Source of the DNA: Candidatus Micrarchaeota archaeon
Lineage (GTDB): Archaea; Micrarchaeota; Micrarchaeia; CABMEP01
Direction: 5' to 3'
Length of the DNA: 64,000 nucleotides
NCBI GenBank assembly: GCA_026413625.1
Contig: JAOAKO010000002.1
Coordinates: forward strand, 6,623 to 70,622
The position numbers were made by a program, and so were the translations under genes. The notes beneath the pieces are model-generated. The model did no database searches, was not told the DNA's origin, and saw nothing but the letters and a program-made list of their open reading frames with translations. How positions within the stretch are numbered: position 1 is the stretch's first letter; the number at the start of each line of letters is the position of its first letter. Below are positions 19,333 to 29,404 of the stretch, piece by piece.

Positions 19333-19558
19333 ATTTGTTCCTCAATTCATTTCAACGTTTTGCATACAAAATACTTGAAGAAAGGGGTTTAACATACTAT
19401 TCTAACTCTCGGATTTTAGTGGAAGTATGTGAAGGCAGGATAAAAGAAAAAGTATTTATACTAATTATATTTCATTAGTAAGATTTATAAATCTTTTAGA
19501 TATTATACTTATAGAGGGTACATCGAATTTTGTACATCTGCCTCAAATTGGTCGCCTC

Positions 19559-19578
19559 GCCAGTGCGAATGCACTGGC
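19559..19578. other. perfect GC-rich hairpin (8 bp stem, 4 nt loop) in a divergent intergenic region
   Basis: GCCAGTGC-GAAT-GCACTGGC followed by CTCTTTCT, ~40 bp upstream of the rtcA ATG. Confidence 0.3.
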
Positions 19579-19616
19579 CTCTTTCTATTTACTTTCCTTT
19601 CCTTTAATGTGATGAG

Positions 19617-20627
19617 ATGGATTCAATAACAATAGACGGTTCTAAAGGAGAAGGCGGAGGCCAAATACTTAGAACAGCCTTAGCACTTTCATGCATAACC
19701 AAAATTCCCTTCACTATAAATGAAATAAGAGCCAAAAGGCCAAAGCCAGGTTTACAAGCACAACACGTTACATGCGCAAATGCGCTCTCATCAATATCCC
19801 AGGCGGAAATAAGCGGAAATAAAATCGGATCGAAAGAACTCTATTTCAATCCGAAAAAGATAATCGGCGGCTATTACGAATTTGACATAGGGACAGCAGG
19901 TTCGATATCTTTGCTGATCCAAGCAATACTGCCCGTCTTGCTTAATGCAGATAGGCCTTGCAAGACAACAATAATCGGGGGCACGCACGTATCACATTCA
20001 CCATCGATAGATTACTTTGAAAACGTGTTTCTGCCAATTATTCGAAAGATGGGAGCGAACGCAGAGATAGCGGTTGAAAGGCTAGGATGGTATCCTAAAG
20101 GCAATGGGAAAGTTACCTTATTCACAAAACAATCTAAACTAAATCAAATTAACATTACAGAAAAGATAGATCTGAAATCAATAAACGGAATAATCTCGCA
20201 ATCAAACCTTCCAGAAGAAATAATGGAAAGAGAGGAAGAGCGAATTAGGAAAACATTTCCAGGTATATTGATAACAAAACAGAACAAACAGTCAGATTCT
20301 CCAGGCAATGCTTTGACGCTTTGGGCAGAATATGACAATACGGTTTTAGGTTGCAGTCTATTGGGTGAAAAAGGGCTCAAGGCAGAAGATCTTGCCGATT
20401 CGGCTGCTTTGCAGCTTAATAAATTAATAAACGGAAACGGAGCTGTAGATCCATGGATGGGAGACCAGTTATTAATATACATGGCATTGGCCAAGGGAGA
20501 ATCTAGAATCAAAGTAAGTAGAATAACTTCCCATATGAAAACATGCATGGAGATAATCCCTCTCTTTACCAAAAAAGAATTTAAAATAAACGACAAATTA
20601 ATATCTGTGGAAGGAATAGGCAATTAG
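19617..20627 (+). CDS. rtcA: RNA 3'-terminal phosphate cyclase
   Basis: N-terminus IDGSKGEGGGQILRTALALS is typical of RtcA. ~336 aa. Confidence 0.8.
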   Translation: MDSITIDGSKGEGGGQILRTALALSCITKIPFTINEIRAKRPKPGLQAQHVTCANALSSISQAEISGNKIGSKELYFNPKKIIGGYYEFDIGTAGSISLLIQAILPVLLNADRPCKTTIIGGTHVSHSPSIDYFENVFLPIIRKMGANAEIAVERLGWYPKGNGKVTLFTKQSKLNQINITEKIDLKSINGIISQSNLPEEIMEREEERIRKTFPGILITKQNKQSDSPGNALTLWAEYDNTVLGCSLLGEKGLKAEDLADSAALQLNKLINGNGAVDPWMGDQLLIYMALAKGESRIKVSRITSHMKTCMEIIPLFTKKEFKINDKLISVEGIGN

Positions 20628-20634
20628 TGGTTTT

Positions 20635-21279
20635 ATGAGGTTTCTTCTTTTAGATGCTGTAGGAATAACATCAGTCCTGTTGGCCGCCTTTTTTGTATTC
20701 ATTCTTTCAGGAATTTATGCAATTCAAAATTTACTGATCGCACTCGCGTTTTTAGTTATTGGAGTCGGCATAACTAAATACATGTATGAAGAAAAGAAGG
20801 AAAAAGGGGTTTACGAGCACGAGAGAAGCTGGCAGAACGTATTATCTAATTCTTTATTTCCTCTTATTTCATGCGGATTATACTTCTTTACTCAAGATTC
20901 TAAATGGATAATGGCATACGTAGCGTCATTCGCAGGTGCAATGGCAGACAAATTCGGTTCTGAATTGGGTGTTCTGTCGCCAAATCCCGTCTCATTAAGC
21001 AATTTAAAGCCGGTTAGGCAAGGCACTTCAGGCGCCATCTCACTTCTTGGCACGTATCTTTCTTTTATAGGCGCGTTGATAATCGGATTGATCGGATATG
21101 TAGTATACAACTATAATCCCATGAATATTCTTTTAATAGGTTTCTTCGGATTTATTGGAAGCATATCAGATTCGATAGCGGGGGTTTTTGAAGAAAAGGG
21201 ATTTGGGACAAAAAGCACTTCTAACTTTATCTGTACTCTTGTTGCGGGCATACTGGGATATTTATTTCTCAGCTTATAA
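20635..21279 (+). CDS. DUF92 (COG1836) integral membrane protein
   Basis: Polytopic membrane protein with a Gly/Ser-rich G.SGAIS..GT motif. Confidence 0.45.
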   Translation: MRFLLLDAVGITSVLLAAFFVFILSGIYAIQNLLIALAFLVIGVGITKYMYEEKKEKGVYEHERSWQNVLSNSLFPLISCGLYFFTQDSKWIMAYVASFAGAMADKFGSELGVLSPNPVSLSNLKPVRQGTSGAISLLGTYLSFIGALIIGLIGYVVYNYNPMNILLIGFFGFIGSISDSIAGVFEEKGFGTKSTSNFICTLVAGILGYLFLSL

Positions 21280-21318
21280 TTCATTTAGTCTTTTATTACT
21301 TTCTATCTAAATTTATAT

Positions 21319-22833
21319 GTGAAAAATATGCCGAATAGTTCTTCGAATATAAACAGATTGATAATGTCATCCTTTTGGGCATATTTCGGTATTTTTATAG
21401 TCCTAGCATTAAGCCTTGTTTCCACAGTAATACTTGCAAGACTTTTAGATAAAGAAAATTGGGGAATTCTTTCAACGGTAATAGCAGTTGTATCTTTCCT
21501 GTCATCGATATCGGAAGTAGGTTTGAATTACTATATAGTTTACATATCATCAAAATACGACAAAAGGATAAAGACCCTAAAAAATAAAATAGGGTTGCCG
21601 TTAAAATGGAAGTTCGGAATAATTTTGCTAACAACATTATTGATTGTTTTTTTTGCAAACAGCCTTGCACAATTTTTCAGCATTGATAACGGCGCAAGAT
21701 ATTTTCTGGCAGGGGCGCTTTATTTCTTTCTCTACAACATATTTATTGTATTTGTAGGAATTCTTAACGGACTTAAGAAATTTAGGGAAGATTCCATCAT
21801 TTCAAGCTCAAACCAAATTCTGAGACTGGTGTTTTCTTCAATTTTTGTCCTTTTGGGTTTCGGCGTTGATGGTGCTTTGGCCGGATACATACTGGCAATT
21901 TCAATAAGCGTATTGGTCCAGACCTATATACTGAGAAGTTTCATTTCCTTAAGGGGAAGAACCAAAGATTCGGTTCGAGAAATGTTTTCATTCGGCTTCT
22001 TTTATGGAATAACCTCGATAGCAGCTACGTTTACGATGTGGACCGATTCAGTAATGCTAGGATTTTTTGTCGGAACAACTTCAGTTGGAATTTACAGGAT
22101 AGCAGTTTCGCTTGCAAGCGCTACTTCTTCCCTGCTCAATGGTATAAGTAAGGTGTCTTTTCCATATTTCACTTCCTATGAAACCGCAGGAAAAGATTCT
22201 TTAGACAACCTAAACAAAGTAATGAAATACATTTTGTTCATTGCAGTTCCAGCTGTATTCGGATTAGCAATGCTTTCTGACGCAATAGTTAACGTATTCT
22301 TCGGCCAACAGTACATTGAGGCAGCGATACCTCTAACCATTTTATCTTACTTTGTATTGGACGGGGTTGTAACCGGAATAATAAACTCATATCTCGGGGC
22401 AAAAAAACTAACAAAACTCATAGGCATTTCGGCATTAGCAGCGGCGATCATTAACGTGGTTATGAACATTTTGCTAATTCCACTATTTGGCATGGTAGGC
22501 GCTGCAGTAGCATCTGTGGTTTCAAGAGCCTTCGGTCTGACTCTGATGGTCAAGAAGAGTGAAGAAATATTAAATATAAAATTCACGTTTCCAATCGCCA
22601 TTCCCTTTGTGGCATCAGCTATAATGGCGCTTATAATATGGACAGCAAGGTTTTTCATAGATCCGAATTCATCGATTTTACATCTGTTTCTATTAATCTT
22701 CTTAGGCATCGGCTGCTATGTACTGGTCGCATATAGGCTGGGTTTCGATGTCATCGGTTTTGCAAATAAGATATTTAAAGCCGTATTACCTAAAAAAATT
22801 TTAGATCTAAATTCAGTTAACAAGATTCAATAG
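21319..22833 (+). CDS. MOP-superfamily oligo/polysaccharide flippase (Wzx-like)
   Basis: ~500 aa with ~12-14 TM helices and the typical MOP/Wzx profile. Adjacent to the cis-prenyltransferase. Confidence 0.6.
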   Translation: MKNMPNSSSNINRLIMSSFWAYFGIFIVLALSLVSTVILARLLDKENWGILSTVIAVVSFLSSISEVGLNYYIVYISSKYDKRIKTLKNKIGLPLKWKFGIILLTTLLIVFFANSLAQFFSIDNGARYFLAGALYFFLYNIFIVFVGILNGLKKFREDSIISSSNQILRLVFSSIFVLLGFGVDGALAGYILAISISVLVQTYILRSFISLRGRTKDSVREMFSFGFFYGITSIAATFTMWTDSVMLGFFVGTTSVGIYRIAVSLASATSSLLNGISKVSFPYFTSYETAGKDSLDNLNKVMKYILFIAVPAVFGLAMLSDAIVNVFFGQQYIEAAIPLTILSYFVLDGVVTGIINSYLGAKKLTKLIGISALAAAIINVVMNILLIPLFGMVGAAVASVVSRAFGLTLMVKKSEEILNIKFTFPIAIPFVASAIMALIIWTARFFIDPNSSILHLFLLIFLGIGCYVLVAYRLGFDVIGFANKIFKAVLPKKILDLNSVNKIQ

Positions 22834-22841
22834 GAGATAGG

Positions 22842-23537
22842 ATGGGAATACATTTAGCTATAATACCGGATGGGAATAGAAGATGGGCGAAAAAACACAA
22901 GAAATCGATTAAGGAAGGATATCGGGCAGGCATTCAGAAACTTAAGAGATTGGTAGAATGGTGTAAAGACCTTAACATTTCAACGCTTTCGGTTTGGATA
23001 CTTTCAACCGAGAATATGAAGCGAAGTAAGATGGAAATAGACGTACTTTTCGATCTTTTCGATAAAATGCTCGATGAGCTATTATATGGAGATGAATTTA
23101 AGAAGGCAAGGGACGAAGTAAGGATAAAGTTCGTTGGCAACATCACAAACTTTCCAGCTCATTTGAAAGAAAAGATATTAAAAATAGAGAATCTTACACA
23201 AAAAAACGCAAAATACACATTGGCTATATTTTGTAACTATGGTGGAAGAAAAGAAATAGTAGATACTGTTAATAAAATAATCTTAGAAGCGAAATCAGGT
23301 AAAATAAAAGAGGTAAATGAACAGTTATTCGCTAAATATCTCTACGCGCCAGAAATAGGAGAACCGGATTTAATTTTTAGGTCAGGTGGGGAAAAGAGAC
23401 TTAGCGGATTTTTACCTTGGCAGTCAGTCTATTCAGAATTCTACTTTACAAACAAACTATGGCCAGACGTTTCAAAGAAAGATATTTATACTGCGATTGA
23501 GGAATTTAAAAAGAGAGAGAGAAGGTTCGGAAGATAA
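22842..23537 (+). CDS. uppS: cis-prenyltransferase (undecaprenyl/dolichyl diphosphate synthase family)
   Basis: HLAIIPDGNRRWAKK active-site start, and C-terminal RFG. Confidence 0.85.
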   Translation: MGIHLAIIPDGNRRWAKKHKKSIKEGYRAGIQKLKRLVEWCKDLNISTLSVWILSTENMKRSKMEIDVLFDLFDKMLDELLYGDEFKKARDEVRIKFVGNITNFPAHLKEKILKIENLTQKNAKYTLAIFCNYGGRKEIVDTVNKIILEAKSGKIKEVNEQLFAKYLYAPEIGEPDLIFRSGGEKRLSGFLPWQSVYSEFYFTNKLWPDVSKKDIYTAIEEFKKRERRFGR

Positions 23538-23554
23538 ATCTTCAAGATGATACT

Positions 23555-24961
23555 ATGCTCGGATGGGAAATAGTAAATGAAAAGAAAGATTATAATTTGT
23601 CTATACCGCCAATATCAAAGCAGGAAGAGGAGATAATAAACGAATTGACAAAGCTTTTTAAGGAGGAGTCTAAGGATAAAGACATTTCTTCAAAGAATAT
23701 AAGAAAAGAAATTGCGGAACTTTTGATCGACTATTGTAAGTATCATCATATTTCCCTAGAGCCGGACCAGGAAAAATATTTTGTAGATTACTTAATGTAT
23801 AACATCTACGGTTTTAATGGCATTGAAGAGTTTCTCAGCGATCACCAAATCGAAGAAATCGCAGTAATCGGAATCGACAAGCCGGTTTATGTATACCATA
23901 CGGAAAGAGGCTGGCTCGAAACAAACCTAAAATTCAGGAGCGAAGAGACAGTCATAGCGGTCATAAATAAAATAGCAAGGCAAGTTGGAAGGAGAATCAC
24001 ATATCAAAACCCGAAGATAAATGCAGTACTTCCAGACGGCTCGAGACTTCATGCGTCCATCCCGCCAATATCCAATGTCGAGATAACCATAAGAAAATTC
24101 AGATCAAATCCAGTTACTCCAGTAGAGCTTTTCGAGAAAAATATATATTCAAAAGATGCAATCGCATTTCTTTCTCTCGTATTCCAATCTGATTTTAACA
24201 TACTTATTGCAGGCAATACAGCGAGCGGAAAAACGACAACATTAAACGCGTTATTTTCATTTGTCCCTTTGTCCGATAGGATACTGGTAATAGAAGAGAC
24301 GCCAGAAATCAACATCCCACATCCCCATAAAATAAAACTGCTTTCAAATCCAGAGCTTAAAATAAGCATGAAAAATTTGGTGGAAGACAGTTTAAGGATG
24401 AGGCCGGATAGAGTTGTAGTGGGGGAAATAAGAACAGAAGAGGAAACAGAATCGTTCATAGAAACTATTTTAAGCGGCCAGGCAAGGGGAAGCTATGCGA
24501 CTTTTCATGCTCAGTCTTCGGACGAAGTTATAAAAAGAATGTTGAATTTAGGCGTTTCTGCATATGACGTAGCCTCAATCGATTTTATAATAATCCAAAG
24601 GAGGCTCATGAGGTATGATTCAAATACGCGCAGATATTGGGAAGAAAGGAAAGGAATAGAAATTTCTGAAACATCAAGAGAAGGAGGCGTAAACAAATTA
24701 TTTTCGCTGGACATGAAATCCGGGAATTTTTCCGGAGACCCGTCAAAATCTAATAAGTATGAAGACATTGCATCTAGTTTTGGAATGACTAAAAAAGAGC
24801 TTAACGAGGAAATCGATTTCAGGAAAGGAATACTTTCATCTATAAAATACAATTCGTACAACGAGTTCGTATTTAAGCTGCAGGAAAAATTATTTTCAAA
24901 CATAAATTTAAAAGATATTATTCACAAAAAGGAAGCTGACGAAAGCAAGGTGAATAGGTGA
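23555..24961 (+). CDS. type II/IV secretion-family ATPase (FlaI/TadA/CpaF-like archaeal pilus assembly ATPase)
   Basis: Walker A GNTASGKTT, Asp box, and His box. The 4 nt overlap with the downstream platform gene suggests co-translation. Confidence 0.8.
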   Translation: MLGWEIVNEKKDYNLSIPPISKQEEEIINELTKLFKEESKDKDISSKNIRKEIAELLIDYCKYHHISLEPDQEKYFVDYLMYNIYGFNGIEEFLSDHQIEEIAVIGIDKPVYVYHTERGWLETNLKFRSEETVIAVINKIARQVGRRITYQNPKINAVLPDGSRLHASIPPISNVEITIRKFRSNPVTPVELFEKNIYSKDAIAFLSLVFQSDFNILIAGNTASGKTTTLNALFSFVPLSDRILVIEETPEINIPHPHKIKLLSNPELKISMKNLVEDSLRMRPDRVVVGEIRTEEETESFIETILSGQARGSYATFHAQSSDEVIKRMLNLGVSAYDVASIDFIIIQRRLMRYDSNTRRYWEERKGIEISETSREGGVNKLFSLDMKSGNFSGDPSKSNKYEDIASSFGMTKKELNEEIDFRKGILSSIKYNSYNEFVFKLQEKLFSNINLKDIIHKKEADESKVNR

Positions 24962-26634
24962 ATCTAAAATACAGCAGATATATGAGACAATTGGAGCAGG
25001 AGTTAAGGGCGCACCTATATAAAGCAGATTTGGACATTCCTGTCTCTGTTTATATTAAATATTCTATTCTATCCTGCATAATCCTAAGTCTTTTAGCAAC
25101 ATTGATGATTTCAACATTTTCTTTTGACCCGCTAACCCTTTTTCTTATTTTTATTTTGCTATTCATAGCGTTTTTCTTAATCTCTAAAAACATTCCAATC
25201 ACAATTGCGAAAGCAAGAGCAGCAGAGATAGAATCGGATCTTCCTATAGCAATCAGATCGATCGGAATACAGTTGAATATGAAAGTTCCTTTCGAAAAAG
25301 CAATAGAGAATATAGCAAACTCTAATTATAAGTGCTCTGGCGAATTCAGAAAGGCAGTTAACATGATAGACAGCGGAACCTCTATTCCAGATGCATTAAG
25401 AAAAATAGCTGAGAGAGTGGATTCCCAGACGGTTAAGAAGCTAGTGGTTCAACTCATCCATGTTTACTTAGAGGGAATGGACGGAACAGAACTCAAACAC
25501 AGCGCAGATGAGTTGATCAATGCACAAAGATTCAAATTCAAGGAATTTTCTGCAAAACTCAGCTTTTTAAGTTTGATGTTTATCGCTGTTTCTTCCATAG
25601 CCCCCACAATGTATCTTGCATATCTTGTTGTGGCGGGCACCTATTTGGAAACTCCCACATCAGCGTCAGACATATGGTTTGCCTTTTTGTTTATTTTTCC
25701 TCTAATCAATATAATTCTGATTCTTTATATCAAGTACTCAACGCCTCCTGTTCTTTCCAACATTTCCGAAAAATTTTTGTCTGAACGAGAAATGATAATT
25801 CTAAACGAGCAGCTAAAGAATTTCGGATTCAAATTAAAATTTAAGCAGCTAATGATTTATTTGTCTCTTCTTTCACTTGCGGCTGCGCTAATTCTGTACC
25901 TCTTTATTGGAGGGTACTCTCTTGTAATTTTGGCTTTACCTTTAGTTGTTTATTTTGCTATGCTTTGGTCGGTAGAAAAGAGAGCAAATGAGATAGAGCA
26001 ACATCTTCCTGACGCTTTGCTATACGCCGCTACGTTAGAATTGGGCATGCCTATGGAAAAAATAGTTGAAAACATAGGAGATGCTGGATATGGGCCGCTG
26101 TCTGACGAGTTCAAGAAAGCCGGGCGCCAAATAAAAATCGGAATCAGCGTGAGTCACGCTCTTTTAAACATGAAAGATAGGAACAACTCCTTGCTTTTGG
26201 ACAGGGTGATCTCCCTGCTTATCCAATGCTATAAAACCGGGAGAGATGTGCACAAGGCAATAAAGGAGACAGCAGAAGACATATTTGAGCTAAACATGCT
26301 GAAAAAGGAACAAGCTTCATCCCTGGCTCTCCAAAAATATACCATTCTTTTAGGCGGGGGGATTTTCGTTCCAATAATAATGTCTGTGATATTAAATATA
26401 ATCTATGGAATACAGCCTATTGACACCAACGTTGCAAGCGTGAAAATCAGAGAAGAGATACTCAATGTTGCATATCAGGCAATACAAGTTTACCTTGTAA
26501 TTTATGTGCTGCTCTCCTCTTTGTTCGTTGCGATGCAAGAGGGTAGAATGAGAACGTTTATAGGTTATTTCTTGCTGCTGCTTCCAGTTTCCTTGATTCT
26601 ATTCACTTTTGGAAAGGATTTCCTGACGTTTTAA
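24958..26634 (+). CDS. FlaJ/TadC-like pilus assembly platform membrane protein
   Basis: Two T2SS-F-like cytoplasmic domains separated by TM helices. Overlaps the ATPase gene. Confidence 0.7.
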   Translation: MNLKYSRYMRQLEQELRAHLYKADLDIPVSVYIKYSILSCIILSLLATLMISTFSFDPLTLFLIFILLFIAFFLISKNIPITIAKARAAEIESDLPIAIRSIGIQLNMKVPFEKAIENIANSNYKCSGEFRKAVNMIDSGTSIPDALRKIAERVDSQTVKKLVVQLIHVYLEGMDGTELKHSADELINAQRFKFKEFSAKLSFLSLMFIAVSSIAPTMYLAYLVVAGTYLETPTSASDIWFAFLFIFPLINIILILYIKYSTPPVLSNISEKFLSEREMIILNEQLKNFGFKLKFKQLMIYLSLLSLAAALILYLFIGGYSLVILALPLVVYFAMLWSVEKRANEIEQHLPDALLYAATLELGMPMEKIVENIGDAGYGPLSDEFKKAGRQIKIGISVSHALLNMKDRNNSLLLDRVISLLIQCYKTGRDVHKAIKETAEDIFELNMLKKEQASSLALQKYTILLGGGIFVPIIMSVILNIIYGIQPIDTNVASVKIREEILNVAYQAIQVYLVIYVLLSSLFVAMQEGRMRTFIGYFLLLLPVSLILFTFGKDFLTF

Positions 26635-26637
26635 GGA

Positions 26638-26709
26638 AGCCTCAGGCGAGAATTGAACTCGCGACCTCTACCTTACCAAGGTAGCGCTCTACCCCTGAGC
26701 TACTGAGGC
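26638..26709 (-). tRNA. tRNA-Thr (anticodon GGU)
   Basis: Acceptor GCCUCAG/CUGAGGC, anticodon stem CUACC/GGUAG with loop UUGGUAA, T-arm GCGAG-UUCAAUU-CUCGC. Confidence 0.75.
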
Positions 26710-26774
26710 ATCAAAACATAGCTGGTAAATATATAACACTAAAGACATTAAAATATTATCATTCTATCTATTTT

Positions 26775-27377
26775 ATGGCAAGACGAAAAAAGTCATACGA
26801 TTTTAGATTTCCGCCTATACTGCAAAAGCTTAAGCGCGGTCCGCAGATAATATTACCTAAGGATTTAGGCGCAATAGTTGCGTATACCGGAATGAATAAG
26901 GAAAGCATAGTTGTTGACGCAGGAACCGGCAGCGGATTTGCCACCATTTTTTTCGCTTCCATCGCAAAGAAAGTATACTCATTCGAAAACAAGCGCGAAT
27001 TTTATGAGTTCTCCCAGAAGAATATAAAACGCTCGGGATTAACGAACATTATTCATACTTTTGATTCAGTATTTGACGGAATCTCTAAAATAGAGGATCA
27101 AATTGACATAATTCATTTAGACGTTCCGAACCCTGAAACAATATTCAGTTCAAAATTCAACCTTAAAGAAGACGGATACATAGTTGCATATCTTCCGCAT
27201 ACAGAGCAGGTTTCGAAATTTGTGAAAACAGCAGTAGAAAACAAATTTACATGCTTTACAATAGAGATAATCGCAAGAGAAATAATTTCGCGAGATAGGG
27301 GAACCAGACCGCAGAATACAGGCATAATCCATACTGCATATCTGACCTTTTGCAGAAGAGAAAACACTGGGGAATAA
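26775..27377 (+). CDS. trmI: tRNA (adenine57/58-N1)-methyltransferase TrmI
   Basis: SAM-binding VVDAGTGSGFAT, and Gcd14/TrmI family layout. Confidence 0.65.
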   Translation: MARRKKSYDFRFPPILQKLKRGPQIILPKDLGAIVAYTGMNKESIVVDAGTGSGFATIFFASIAKKVYSFENKREFYEFSQKNIKRSGLTNIIHTFDSVFDGISKIEDQIDIIHLDVPNPETIFSSKFNLKEDGYIVAYLPHTEQVSKFVKTAVENKFTCFTIEIIAREIISRDRGTRPQNTGIIHTAYLTFCRRENTGE

Positions 27378-27396
27378 AGGAGGAAGTGGTGGTTAG

Positions 27397-28554
27397 ATGG
27401 ACTTGGGGGAAATAGAATTTGACAATTTGGGTCCTGAAAAGATATTATTCGTTTATGACAGAAAGACTGGGATGAAGGGATGCGTAGTTATAGACAACAC
27501 TCTGCTTGGAATTGGAAAAGGAGGAATAAGAATGACTCCTTCAGTAACTGTAGGGGAAGTATGCAGACTCGCTCGAGCAATGACCCTTAAAAATTCATTA
27601 GCGGGCCTTCCATTCGGAGGCGCAAAAGCGGGAATTATGGCTTCCCAAGATGTGATCAAAGACTCAAGCAAAAAGAAAGAGTATATCGTGGCATTTGCAA
27701 AGGCGATCAAAGCAATTTGTCCTAAAATTTATGTGGCAGGCCCGGACATAAACACCGGAGAAGAAGAGATGAGATGGTTTGTCGAAGCAAATGGTTCCTG
27801 GAAATCCGCCACAGGAAAGCCGAAAGACATGTGCACCGGAAAAGATAAGACTAAATGCGGCATTCCCCATGAATACGGTTCCACTGGTTTTGGAGTTTGT
27901 CAAGCAGCCTTGGTGGCAATAAATTTTAAGAAAATGGATGTGAAAAGCATAAGCTTTGCAATTGAAGGATTCGGCAATGTCGGATACTTCGCTGCAAAGT
28001 ATTTAACTGAAAATGGGGCAAGGATGGTTGCAGTTAGCGATAGCAAAGGAACGCTCTACAATAGCGACGGAATCGATTTTTATAAGTTAGAAAAAGTAAA
28101 AAAAGAAACAGGCAGCGTGATAAATTATAGGCCGGGCCGGGTGCTTAAAACATCCGACTTGTTTGAGTTGGATGCGGACGTTCTTATTACAGCCGCTGTT
28201 CCGGACGTTATTAATAAGGACAACGTAGAAAAGATAAAAGCCAGGATAGTGGTAGAGGGCTCAAACATCCCAACAAGGCCAGAATACGAAGAAATCCTCC
28301 ACAATAAAGGAATATTGGTAGTCCCCGATTTTGTTGCGAATGCAGGGGGAGTGATATCTTCTTATGCAGAATACAAAGGGAAAAAGCCGGAAGACATGTT
28401 CAAACTAGTACAGAAAAAGATAACTAAAAATACAAAAGAAGTCCTAGAGCTGTCCAAAAAAGAAGGAATAAAGCCGAGGGATGCGGCAATGAAGATTGCG
28501 ATTAGCAGAATAAAAAGGAAACTGACATCTTCTAATGCAGGGGGTGGGATTTGA
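27397..28554 (+). CDS. Glu/Leu/Phe/Val amino-acid dehydrogenase family protein
   Basis: Catalytic GIGKGGIRM, and NAD-binding GFGNVG. Short for a GDH (385 aa). The 3' end overlaps the tRNA-Leu on the opposite strand. Confidence 0.75.
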   Translation: MDLGEIEFDNLGPEKILFVYDRKTGMKGCVVIDNTLLGIGKGGIRMTPSVTVGEVCRLARAMTLKNSLAGLPFGGAKAGIMASQDVIKDSSKKKEYIVAFAKAIKAICPKIYVAGPDINTGEEEMRWFVEANGSWKSATGKPKDMCTGKDKTKCGIPHEYGSTGFGVCQAALVAINFKKMDVKSISFAIEGFGNVGYFAAKYLTENGARMVAVSDSKGTLYNSDGIDFYKLEKVKKETGSVINYRPGRVLKTSDLFELDADVLITAAVPDVINKDNVEKIKARIVVEGSNIPTRPEYEEILHNKGILVVPDFVANAGGVISSYAEYKGKKPEDMFKLVQKKITKNTKEVLELSKKEGIKPRDAAMKIAISRIKRKLTSSNAGGGI

Positions 28555-28622
28555 ACCCACGAAGCGCCTATGCGCATAGGGTCCTAAGCCCTACCCTTTA
28601 GACCAAGCTCGGGCACCCCTGC
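28536..28622 (-). tRNA. tRNA-Leu (anticodon UAG), class II with long variable arm
   Basis: Acceptor GCAGGGG/CCCCUGC, anticodon stem UAGGG/CCCUA with loop CUUAGGA, variable arm GCGCAUAGGCGC, T-arm GUGGG-UUCAAAU-CCCAC. Confidence 0.75.
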
Positions 28623-28633
28623 AGAAAAATAAT

Positions 28634-29356
28634 TTATCTATACATTGGAGATTGAATCTGTTCGTACGTTTTTTTCGCTTCTCTGCTTTCCTTAATCAAC
28701 TTCTTTATTTTCTCTTCTATTTCCTCCCCCTCTTTCTTAAGCTTTTGAGTATCGATATCAATGTGCAAGAGCTGACTAAGCTTATCGAGCACATTTGCAG
28801 CTCCGATTAGATTTATACTCATTCCTCTGCTGGAAGTTAGCATTGCAGCGGCAGGAAACTTTCTGACATAGGCATTCGCCAATATAAGTCCAGTCACGCC
28901 GGTGGTAACCCCTTCCTTAACAATAGTTACCCCTATGTCCTTTAGGTCAGCCTTCAAACCTTCGGTCGACGCGATTCCAAAGACGACATCTTTTGCAGCC
29001 TCAATTCCCACTCCGCCAAGAGAGATGATCGCACTCAGCTTCTTGTCTTCGCCCCAAAGCACAATTTCATTAGCAACCGAATTCACGGCAGGCATTGGAA
29101 TTACAAATTCTGAGAATAAAACAAGCACATTGTGCTTTTTCGATTGATAGATGCGCGCAGCAGGCAGCGGCTCTTCATTATGCACCGTGCACAAAGGCGG
29201 AAAAGCTTCGGAATCTATATAACCAACTAATTCCATATTCCACTCTTTAACCAAATGCATCGCAGCAATGGTGCCGATCATTCCAACTCCAGGGAATCCT
29301 TCGATCAATATTGGATTTTTAAGTTTTATCGGTGCGACTTCAACTATTTTTGCCAT
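28634..29356 (-). CDS. PAC2-family (proteasome assembly chaperone 2-like, COG1938) protein
   Basis: N-terminal PILIEGFPGVGMIG, the signature of the PAC2/DUF75 family. Confidence 0.65.
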   Translation of the reverse strand: MAKIVEVAPIKLKNPILIEGFPGVGMIGTIAAMHLVKEWNMELVGYIDSEAFPPLCTVHNEEPLPAARIYQSKKHNVLVLFSEFVIPMPAVNSVANEIVLWGEDKKLSAIISLGGVGIEAAKDVVFGIASTEGLKADLKDIGVTIVKEGVTTGVTGLILANAYVRKFPAAAMLTSSRGMSINLIGAANVLDKLSQLLHIDIDTQKLKKEGEEIEEKIKKLIKESREAKKTYEQIQSPMYR

Positions 29357-29404
29357 ATCTATATATTATTGGTTGGCTTTTTAAAGCTTTGATGTGTTCA
29401 GCCA

